DNA of 64,000 nt. Source: Epithemia pelagica (Eukaryota > Protista > Bacillariophyta). Each line of letters begins with the position of its first letter. Position 1 is the stretch's first letter. The notes below the pieces were generated by a model. That model was not told the DNA's origin and did not search any database. It saw nothing but the letters and a program-made list of their open reading frames with translations. Location: assembly GCA_946965045.2 (NCBI GenBank), contig OX337228.1, forward strand, positions 744,001-808,000, given 5' to 3'. Shown in pieces: positions 54,654 to 64,000 of the stretch. A program made the translations under genes and the position numbers.

Positions 54654-57029
54654 TTAGAAATCCTTGAACATGGCTTGCTGCGTCGCCGAAAGTGCCGGTC
54701 GATTGGAGGGAGGTTCGTTCTCCAAATGACGGTACGAATCGAAATGCGTCGCATCCAAAGGATCCTTAATACGAGGGATCCAAGGAGGAGGAATTTGTTT
54801 CTTGAGGAGCTTGTCGACGTCAATGATACTGAACCACATGTGATCGCGCACATCCATGTCCCCGCGTGACAAGCAACCCAAACGATTGGCTTGTCGTCGA
54901 ACAATCAAGCGTTGAATCAAATCTTGTGCCATGTCGTGCACCATACCGCCATGGGGGAAGGAATACTTGACTTGCACAATACGCTTGAACAAACTCACTT
55001 GATCGGTACCGTAGGAATAGAACGGCGATCGTCCCACCAACATTTCGTAAATCAAGACACCAAACGCCCAGTAGTCTACTCCCTTATCATGACCCTTGGA
55101 AAGAATAATTTCAGGAGCCAAATACTCGGGAGTCCCACAAAGAGTGTATGTCTTGTCGACCACGATTTTGGCAAATCCCAAATCGACCAACACACAGTAA
55201 CCCCGCTGATCAATCAAAATATTCTCTGGTTTCAAGTCGCGATAGCAAATGCTTCGGTGATGCAAGTGAGCCAAAGACTCCAATATACAGGCAGCGTAGA
55301 AACGAGAGTTTCCATTTGGAATACCGTCACGCGTTTCCGTGTGGATCACCGAAAACAATTCACCACCCTGTACAAGCTCAATCAACATGTACAAAAATCG
55401 GTCGTCTTGGAATGTCGCAACAAGGTTGACAACGAATGGATGATCCAAAGATGCCATAATGTTCTTCTCACGGATGACTCCCTCCACTTGATGATGACCA
55501 ATAATTTCACGCTTGCTAAGTTGCTTGAGGGCGTAAGGCGTGCCGGTACGCTTGTGACTGACCAACCATACTTTTCCAAAGGTTCCCACACCCAAAATGC
55601 GAAACTTGACCAAATCCTTGAATCGAATCGATTTGTTCAAATTGGCCGACGCCGGTGCCAGAGGTTGTCCAAGGCGACCAATGTTCCCGATCACCGCCTC
55701 AATATCACGACGAGTCAACATTCCGCAAGAGGTTTCCGTTTGAACCGTAATCGTTTGCTTGCTGAGAAAGCCGTCCTTTTGTTTGAGGAATTTGTCACCA
55801 AAGTAGTCGGCATCTTTCAAGTTGTTAATTACACCGTCATCGTTGGCCACTGCGACATTTCCAGAACGAATAATGTACAAGCATTGATTCAATGGCTTGC
55901 CTTCCTCCGCCAAGATGGTCCCTGGTTGAAAGACGTGTTCCGTGATCAAGTCGGTCAGGCGAGCCAGTTCGTGGGGTTGGAACTGAGAATTTGAAAAGAT
56001 GGGCACACCCAACAACGTTCGCTTCTTCATGGAGGCATCAATCAAGCCTTGGAGAGGTCCCAAAACCTTTTCGAAGGTATCACGCGAGAGACACAGACAG
56101 GTACAAACAGATGTTGCTGTCACATTGGCCACCCGAGGATCTCCCGTGATAAGTGCACGTTCCCCAAAATAGTCTCCCGCCTGCAAGGGTTGATCCACGT
56201 ACGTGGAATCTCCAAACCCAATGTCATGTACCTTCACTGAACCTTCACGAACAATGTAAAAGACTTCACCGACATCCCCCTTGTTGATAATGCGTTCCCC
56301 CTCTGGAAAGGTGACGGAGGTCAAGGCATCCGAAATTTTTAGCAAATCACGGTCATCCAGTTCGGCCAAGAAGGGTACCTTTCGCAATACATCGTTAATG
56401 TCCTTTTGTTGTGCGCTGGTATTGTTGGCAAGCATGTATCGAAACGTCTTCTGGTCCACCTTCCACAATCGGCATGCTGTATTTGCCAGACAGGTAGCTG
56501 CTCTTGGACAATTGTACAAAAGCGCCAATTCTCCAAAGGACCCTCCTCGTCCGGTAGAACCCACATGCTGGTTATCGACAGCAAAACTGACATGACCCTC
56601 TTCGACAACGTAAAAGAAATCTCCCACTTCGCCTTGTTTGATGATAACTGTCCCGGGGGGAACCGATTCGAGGACCATGGCATCAATTAACAGGCGTCTT
56701 TCATGCGGGGAAAGACTGGCAAAAATAAAGTTATCTTCCAAGGCAGTGTCAATGAACTGGATGGCGGCATCGGACTTGGGAAAGCGAGGCGTTTGAAATT
56801 CTTCATGCAAATCAATGGATGGTGCAAAAATGTTCTCACGCTGTTCCTTTTGACGATTGGCACGAACACGATTGTGAATGTTAATATTCTCTTCTCGCTT
56901 CACGGCCGCGGCTTCTTGAGGATCAGTGGCACCTCCATTGGCGTCCCCGTCCGCCGCAACTTCGGCAGACTTCTCGGGGACTTCCTGTGGAGCTGGATAC
57001 TCTTCCACCGGTGGCGGAGCAGCGGCCAC
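54654..57029 (-). CDS. Cyclic-nucleotide-dependent protein kinase (PKG-like architecture: 3 cNMP-binding domains + AGC kinase)
   Basis: FGELALLYNCPRAAT, FGERALITGDPRVAN; GVGTFGKV, YRDLKPEN, DLGFAK, TLCGTPEYLAPE; AGC C-tail. Confidence 0.95.
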   Translation of the reverse strand: MAAAPPPVEEYPAPQEVPEKSAEVAADGDANGGATDPQEAAAVKREENINIHNRVRANRQKEQRENIFAPSIDLHEEFQTPRFPKSDAAIQFIDTALEDNFIFASLSPHERRLLIDAMVLESVPPGTVIIKQGEVGDFFYVVEEGHVSFAVDNQHVGSTGRGGSFGELALLYNCPRAATCLANTACRLWKVDQKTFRYMLANNTSAQQKDINDVLRKVPFLAELDDRDLLKISDALTSVTFPEGERIINKGDVGEVFYIVREGSVKVHDIGFGDSTYVDQPLQAGDYFGERALITGDPRVANVTATSVCTCLCLSRDTFEKVLGPLQGLIDASMKKRTLLGVPIFSNSQFQPHELARLTDLITEHVFQPGTILAEEGKPLNQCLYIIRSGNVAVANDDGVINNLKDADYFGDKFLKQKDGFLSKQTITVQTETSCGMLTRRDIEAVIGNIGRLGQPLAPASANLNKSIRFKDLVKFRILGVGTFGKVWLVSHKRTGTPYALKQLSKREIIGHHQVEGVIREKNIMASLDHPFVVNLVATFQDDRFLYMLIELVQGGELFSVIHTETRDGIPNGNSRFYAACILESLAHLHHRSICYRDLKPENILIDQRGYCVLVDLGFAKIVVDKTYTLCGTPEYLAPEIILSKGHDKGVDYWAFGVLIYEMLVGRSPFYSYGTDQVSLFKRIVQVKYSFPHGGMVHDMAQDLIQRLIVRRQANRLGCLSRGDMDVRDHMWFSIIDVDKLLKKQIPPPWIPRIKDPLDATHFDSYRHLENEPPSNRPALSATQQAMFKDF

Positions 57030-58471
57030 GGCCGGGGGCTCTACTTGCTGAAGGGATTAAAAAGAACGGGAATAGAGACATGAATTACAAAACCCGAACG
57101 GCAATGATTGTGGAAAACAACGTTTCGATCGGGGCAAATAAAAACAAAAGCGTGAGAGGTCTTTACTATAATCGAAACTGCTTCATCCAAATATTCCTCT
57201 CATTCTTCCAGAACTCTTCTCGTTGAATAGTGATGCTGTGACTGTATTCCTGCCACTGGAAGACGACCCCCATTTGCGGAACTCTATAGTACAGTCATTC
57301 AGCGATATTCAGAGACACAAACGGCACGCACCATATCATTGCTACTCCGATTGCTGTCTTTGTTGGAATCTTTGTTGGACCGTGACGAAGATTTCGATGA
57401 CTTGGCCGGTGCCGTAACATCTTTGGAACTGTTTTGTTTCTTTGCTCCGCGTTTTTGCTTCAAGAAGGGGAAACTCCTCATCCTCACGTAAGGTCAACAA
57501 TAATTCAGATCTAAACCACACCACCACAACAACAACGGAAATGACCAGAAAGGAACAACCTCTGATCAATCACAGTCTCTCTCAGTTAATCTCGATCAAA
57601 TCCGTCTCGGGGTCTCTGGTCGTATGCGTTTCGCTTTTGCGTTGGAAGCAACGACAAAAGCCGAATCTTCGACGCAACACACAAACAGAAAGAGATTGGA
57701 TGAAGAAGGGTGGGGTGAGGGTCTTAGGTCTTGCTTCGCTTGGGTGTCCTCTCGGCTTGGGCCACCTTTTGCATGTAGAAAAAACCAGGGGTCAACCAAG
57801 AGGCTCCTCCCTCTCTTTCGAATGTTCAATCCCCCAAATCAAAGGGATGGATTCGCCACAACCTGAAAGTTCGTACTTTGCATTTTTGCAGTGTACCTTT
57901 TTTTATCCCCATTGCTACACCCCGACCCCCGAAACCTCACCCCGATCAATCGACGTTCCGGTCCACCCCCATATATCTACCCATCGACAATTTTGGTGGA
58001 GGTCCCGGACATAATTCATCAGCGGCTAGTTTCATTTCTTGTCATACAATATCAACTACAAGAATGACCTCACATCTCGCTCGAGAGTTCCAAAACTCAA
58101 TGCCGTTTTCATTTTGCATCCAATGTCCCGGTCATTTTTCATTTTTCCGATTTTCCAAATGACTGCGACAAATCCCCCACTCACCGAGTATTATTTATTA
58201 TTTGTGCGACTTTTCCACGATCACGAACTGCTCGATATCGGCGACTCCGCCATAGAAACGAGGACGTGGTGGCATTGCGACTGTAGTAGGGGTGGGTTTC
58301 TGCTCTCCTGTTCAATGGCCATGGACTCTATCCCTTTGCGTGTTCCATATATTATAGCGCAATAAAGCGGATCGATCTGCCTGCTTCCCTCGGGTCCCTT
58401 GGGTTTGGCTGGTTGTTCTCTGGTTTCTTCTCTCTTTGCGTTCTACTGGTTAAAGAGAAGCCGAAAGAAGA

Positions 58472-58699
58472 ATGAAATGGCGGCGGTTACTTCTCGCAAT
58501 CTCAGTCCACGTTGCGGCATTCTCAACGAGTAGTGGTGCATTGGCAGAAGACGAGGATGCATCGTCCATTGTGTCAGAAAAGGAACCTCATCGACAGAAC
58601 CGTCCAAAAACGGAGAGAGCGAACGTAAAAGAAGCAAATCAAGCTTGGGAATCGACCGGTTCCTCCGAAACAAGAAAGCAGACACCAACAAGAACCACG

Positions 58700-58737
<38 letters not shown>

Positions 58738-61654
58738 GAATGAAGATGAGTGGAACGAACTGGATTCGTCCTCTTCTGCATTGACAGACACGACAGTATC
58801 TTCTTCTCCAAAGACTTTAGATGCACCTGAAACCAAGAGCGAGAACGACGGAACCGATGCCACTCGCGAGGAGTTGGTTGCGTATCGAAAGGAACAATCC
58901 GTATATTGGATGACAGGACCCAATGGCATTCCTCAAGTGCTACAGTTGGCCTTGGAGAATCGCAACAGTACTGGTAGCAGTCGAAACAACAACGACAACG
59001 ACAAAGCAAGTGATGAAGATGAGATTGCCCTCCTCTTTGTGCTCTTGTATACCCCCTCTTGTTTTCAACAACAAGACGATTCTACCACTATTAACATTTT
59101 GGCCACCTGGCAAGCGGCAGCACAAGAATTGGAAACAAAAATGACCCACCAGTCCAAGACAATGGACTTGTCGTCACCCCCGCTTTTGGCAACCATGGAA
59201 TTGTCATCCTTTTCTCATTATTGGAAACAACAGCAACAACAAGCATCATCGTCCAAAGACCAGAATCCTTTTCCTCCCCTTTTGCAACGTCATCCCTCTA
59301 CAGCAAAAGACCCTAGCTCGGCAACGTCACTGGAGGTAGAAACGCTACCAGCCATTGCGATTGTGGTAGGACATCGCACCCGTTTCCAAGATCAGCACGA
59401 CAACAACGGCATGATCAACGAGGTTGAATTGTGGAATGTCATTCAAGATGTCCATTACGACTACCCCATGACAGAATCCTCAGAAGGGAGTAAAGATGAA
59501 GACGACGGACACTTTGGACAACGGACTGTCCAACGATGGTTGTTTGAATCCTCTTCCTCGATTGTGGATTTGTATTGGCATTACTATACTCGATTGGTGG
59601 CACTTCCGACCCAACTGAAGCAATTGGACGGAAACATTACAGGTACTGCCATGAAAAAGGAGGAGGAGGAGGACGCCAGAGGCAACCAGAACCACCAGCA
59701 ACTCCGAACCAACACAGTGCGTCCCCTTCGTGTGGATTCCTTATCTCATGTCCACACCCTTGTCTGTGATTGGTTTGACAAGCTCTTTTCCGTTGTTCCA
59801 TACCTCCCCCTTCCACATACGACCTTTTTGCGGGAACACAATCGTCGTAGGAATCTTATCCATCATGGACCTCAGTCGTCGAACAACCGAAACCAAGATG
59901 ACTTTGTCGTGTTTATACATTGTCAACATCACAATTATTCGGCATGGTCCGCTCCTCAGGAGGGAACAAAACACAATAGAGGCCGAGACAACAAGAGGAA
60001 AAACAAGACAACAGATAGAAATCACAAGGATATCAACCATGTCTTGTCCATGGATCGACTATATGATGCCTTTCAACTACTTGCCCACACCATGTTTCCC
60101 CGCCAAGATTTGTTGCATGTCACAGTTTCCAATTGTTGGGATCCTCACAATGGGCGAGAAATGACAAATGGATCCGTGGCTGTCTGGAGATATAATAGCA
60201 GCGGCATCGATGACGACAAGGACAAGAACGTTTGTCATTTGCTGTCTTCGCATGAATGGTCGCCCGCGTGGAATGACTCTGACAACCATGACGAAAGGAA
60301 AAAAGACGAGGAAAACAACAATAGGGATGAAGTCGTGGACAGTCTTGTTCGTTTTCACAATGTCCACGCCACTCCGACAGTCATTTGGTATGATAGTAAA
60401 CTGGCGGCACCCATTTTGCTGGATCATCCGGTGCAAGCTCTCTTGTTTGTTAATTTACATCCCTTTCCTCCCGACATGTCTGTCTTTACCGGCGGACAAT
60501 CGTTCGATGGACCATCCAACGCAAAGCAACAACAAGAAGATCAACAAGTCGAATTGGTTCGACAGTTTGGGCGGTTGTGTCAAGACTGGCGCCATGGCTC
60601 TCATCATCAATGTTCCCCTCACAATGACAATGACACTACCATGATTTGTGTCCTGGTTCCGAGTACCGAAACGCGGTTGCTGACGACCTTTGGAGTGGAT
60701 ATCTGGAGTCCATTGGATCAACATTTAGTGGAATCAATGGAATTGCTGGCTTCTGGAGGAGCCAGTGATGTGGATCCCAAACTACTACGGCCACCACAAG
60801 TGGTACCACAGCTCGTCATGGTGGACAGCCGACCACGACAACACGGCAACACCTCACATATTCCAAACAGCGGTCCACAGAAACGAAAATTTGGAGGACC
60901 TCTGGAACTCTATCGCTTGACGGAACCAACGACAGCATCCTTGACTGATTTTGTACAGGAATTTTGGGATAACCAATTGCTACCGGAACGCAAATCGTCG
61001 GCTTCACGAACATCATCCGGGGCCATCTATCTCGACGAGGACAGCAAAGATAGGAATGAGGATGCCCTTCCTGTTCTTGAATCCAATGAATATGGAGTAT
61101 CCAAACTGACGGGGCATTATTGGAGGCAAGCATCGATGGCCGGCAGTCGTCCTGGGCCCGCGTCCCCACCAACTCATTCACTCATTTTGTTTGTATCGCC
61201 GACCTGTGGGCACTGCAAACGGATATTGGTAATGTTCAATCAACTGTCGGTACTTTTTGGAAAAGCACCTGGGTGGCGAGACTTGTTAAAACTCTTTGTG
61301 TTGGATGTGTCCACGGATCAAATCACGACAGTGCACCCCGTTCGATGGGTTCCGGAGTTGCTCTTTGTCAAAACAAGGACAAGTACATTCGGCAGTGGTA
61401 ACAAAACACATCCTCACGACCTGCAAAACGACTATGGACAACAGTACCAAGTGCCCTTCAACCAAGAACCATACGATCCTAATCGACCGCATCATCGAAA
61501 GTATTCCTTGTTGGGAGAGATCCCCCATTATACTTCCATGCTGGAATGGCTGATCCAAGTCATGGAACTCGACGATGACACTCAATGGAAAACACTATTG
61601 GAGGACCTGCAAGAACATATCCAAAAACAGAAAGAGCAGAGATCACCGCTTTAG
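58472..61654 (+). CDS. Secretory-pathway thioredoxin/PDI-like protein
   Basis: Signal peptide (MKWRRLLLAISVHVAAFS); several degenerate thioredoxin-like segments; C-terminal FVSPTCGHCK...WVPELLFV; no KDEL. Confidence 0.75.
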
Positions 61655-61947
61655 GGAGGTAATTTGTTTATTCGGGAAGACCAATGTCGAATATTGCATA
61701 GAACCGACAAACCAACACCTTTTCCTTTAGCGCGTCATGAATACTCCTACTCCTAGAAACCAACCGCTATTTACACTTATACTATAGAGCTCGAAACAAA
61801 CACTTGTGATTAACTGGTTCTTTATCCATATATGACATTTAGAGCACAGAACTGATTGGCGGTCGAAACGGAGACTTATAGTTCGACAAAAACCAAATCA
61901 AGCAGGTGATGTATCTTTTATCTAATGGGCAGGATGGATGCTGAGTA

Positions 61948-64000
61948 TTACGGTTCGAGCAGACCTCGACCATGGCCTGTTGGAACAGGGTCCAAACCTT
62001 CCCTTCGAGATTCGTTTTGACTGTGAAACTGCTGTGACCTGATTTGTTGAATGAGTGGGTCTTCATCGTCGTACAGTGATGACGATGTAGAGGAGAGCGT
62101 GGACGTTGGGGCGGTGGGCATATTGTCAACCGTAAACGCAGAAGGAATGGAAACATTCATCGACGGAGATTGTTTCTGTGGAGGGGTTGGTTTCAGGGTC
62201 TCTTTGTCTTGTTTGGGTGTTGGTACAACAGACTTCTTTGTTGAGGGACTTGGCTGCTTTGTCGCCTTTGTAGGAGAAGCGTTCGACTTTTGCTGTTTCG
62301 TCTTTAGGGGAGAACTGGCGCGTTGTGTTCTGGTGGGAGTAGATGGAACACGTTTGGGAGGAGGAGCCATTCTCTTTTTGGGTTCAGGAGTGCTCTTTGG
62401 AGGTGTGGTTGTCCTCTTGGGTTCTGTCGTTGTTTTCTTGGATTCAGGGATACTCTTGTTCCGTTTCCCGAAAAAGCCAGAACCGTTCTTTCCACTAGCC
62501 GATTCGTTCGATGTCGAAACCTTCTTACTCTTATCTTCGTTGCTTTTGATTGAATCTTGATTCTTATCTGCAACGTTCCTTTTGGTGGGTACTGTTGGTG
62601 TCGATTTCTTTTCCACCTTTGGTTTCTCTGTTTTCTCTGTATTCTTCTTGGCACTGGACGTTCCAGAAAGCGACCGAAACGAAGATGTTCGCTTCATTGG
62701 TATTTTTGGAGGTGGTGCCTTGTTCGATGCCGATGGACTTTTCTTCGGTGACTCCTTGGTCAAGGAGCGGAGGGAACCTTGTCTTGTGGGTGTTCCTTGT
62801 TGTCTACCTTGACCAAAGAACCCTTTTCTTCTTGGACTCGGACTGCGGTCCGTCAAGCTATTGACAACCACAACGTCCAGTTTGGGACTTTTGGATTTTT
62901 CTTGACTCATCGGAGGCCTTGGTGCAGTCGAGAGACTGACTTTGCTCGACGATGTGCGCTTGAACGTGTAGGGCATCTCCACCGCTCCTTCGCCCACCAC
63001 GGGTTCCGATTCACCACCTTGCGGTGCCTGTGGTGGGACTTGACTCTTGGGCAGCGTCATGGGTATGGGAATGGCCATGGACGTGCGCTTCACACGAGGT
63101 GGAGTTGGTTCGGTCTCGGCCGCTAGTTGCTGTTGGGCGACCTCCCGAGTTTTCAGGACCTTTTGACTTGGTAATACTGCCTCTGGAGTTGGGTTCGCCT
63201 CTTGATTTGGGTGAGCCGTCTCTCGTGTTTGGAGAATCGTTTGACTCGGCAGAGTTACCTCCGGAGTTTCAACCACGTTTTGACTTGGGGGTGTTACTTC
63301 CTGTGTTGCTGCCTCTTGCTCTCGAGAGGCCGTTTGGCCTTGAATTTGAATTTCCACAGCGTGTTCTTTCTTGCCAGGAGGTTCTCGTTTCTTCTTGCCA
63401 CGTCCAAACGAGGCAAACAGGCCACCTACTGTTTTGGTGGCTGTGGCAGTATTGCCTTCTTTGTGTTTGGTTTCAATGGCAGGTTCGAGAGCTGCGTCCG
63501 GATCGACCTGGACCGTTGCAAGAGTCTCTTTGTTCACGGCTTCCTTCTTTGTGTCCACCACGTCCGTTGTTGTCGTCTTTGTCGTCACTGGGAGAGTTGC
63601 TGCCTGTTCGGAGGAATGCACTCTGTACTTATCGGTCGAGACTTGGTCGTCGTCGTCGTCATTGTCATTGTCCAGCACCACAGCTTGAGGAATCACTGGG
63701 GACTCGACAATGGTAGGAGCAACAAGAGTGGAACGAGTCGTCTCTTTGGGTTTCTGGAACGAGGCTTCGTCCTGCGAAAAGGATTTTGGTTGAATCGAGT
63801 ACTTGTCGTCCTCGTCGTCGTCGTCCTCATCCTCGTCACTGTCTTGGAGTTCCATGGCTTGCACATGGGTAATCATGGCGGTCGCATCGCGTTCGTCGGC
63901 CACTTGTTCTTCGACCAAGGAATCCCAACTCTTTTGAATCAACAGAGCTGGCTGTACGCCCTTGGGTGCCGGAACAAAGGTGGTGGGAACTTCTGGTGCA
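61948..64000 (-). CDS. Low-complexity S/T/K/P-rich hypothetical protein; 5' end outside the window
   Basis: The frame of ORF 61948-63942 stays open to the window edge; no recognisable domain. Confidence 0.7.
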   Translation of the reverse strand, partial: APEVPTTFVPAPKGVQPALLIQKSWDSLVEEQVADERDATAMITHVQAMELQDSDEDEDDDDEDDKYSIQPKSFSQDEASFQKPKETTRSTLVAPTIVESPVIPQAVVLDNDNDDDDDQVSTDKYRVHSSEQAATLPVTTKTTTTDVVDTKKEAVNKETLATVQVDPDAALEPAIETKHKEGNTATATKTVGGLFASFGRGKKKREPPGKKEHAVEIQIQGQTASREQEAATQEVTPPSQNVVETPEVTLPSQTILQTRETAHPNQEANPTPEAVLPSQKVLKTREVAQQQLAAETEPTPPRVKRTSMAIPIPMTLPKSQVPPQAPQGGESEPVVGEGAVEMPYTFKRTSSSKVSLSTAPRPPMSQEKSKSPKLDVVVVNSLTDRSPSPRRKGFFGQGRQQGTPTRQGSLRSLTKESPKKSPSASNKAPPPKIPMKRTSSFRSLSGTSSAKKNTEKTEKPKVEKKSTPTVPTKRNVADKNQDSIKSNEDKSKKVSTSNESASGKNGSGFFGKRNKSIPESKKTTTEPKRTTTPPKSTPEPKKRMAPPPKRVPSTPTRTQRASSPLKTKQQKSNASPTKATKQPSPSTKKSVVPTPKQDKETLKPTPPQKQSPSMNVSIPSAFTVDNMPTAPTSTLSSTSSSLYDDEDPLIQQIRSQQFHSQNESRREGLDPVPTGHGRGLLEP

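Noticed and set aside
522-63716. Numerous short antisense and alternative-frame ORFs in the six-frame track
   Set aside because: They overlap well-supported genes or LTR copies and reflect low-complexity codon usage; none shows an independent protein motif.

Overview
Eukaryotic nuclear DNA, most likely from a pennate diatom (inferred from CoDi-type Ty1/copia elements, short GT-AG introns and a bipartite plastid-targeting-like presequence). (1) 1-11.5 kb holds two Copia LTR retrotransposons. The first is internally deleted and its 5' end lies outside the window. The second is complete (299-bp LTRs, GCAGG TSD), has no tRNA-type PBS but a PBS complementary to its own LTR (Tf1-like self-priming), and carries an extra ORF upstream of gag. 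(2) 12.8-15.3 kb is a TIR element with a perfect 10-bp TSD, no transposase and convergent decayed host-gene fragments (Pack-MULE-like); a 129-bp MITE of the same TIR family lies at 49.7 kb. (3) 16-38 kb holds host genes: LRR protein, secreted beta-helix protein, UAA nucleotide-sugar transporter, degenerate kinesin, alpha/beta hydrolase and an AlkB-like/isochorismatase fusion. (4) 37.7-52 kb is a tandemly duplicated accessory island with two Crinkler/RHS-like NTPase+PD-(D/E)xK genes, a non-homologous slot holding a Kelch gene in one copy and an HNH nuclease in the other, and a chimeric pseudogene; next to it is a full-length tyrosine recombinase with a predicted plastid presequence. (5) 54-64 kb holds a cNMP-dependent kinase, a thioredoxin/PDI-like protein and a partial low-complexity gene. 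No rRNA, tRNA or CRISPR was seen. Identities and motifs were judged by eye; no database search was run.
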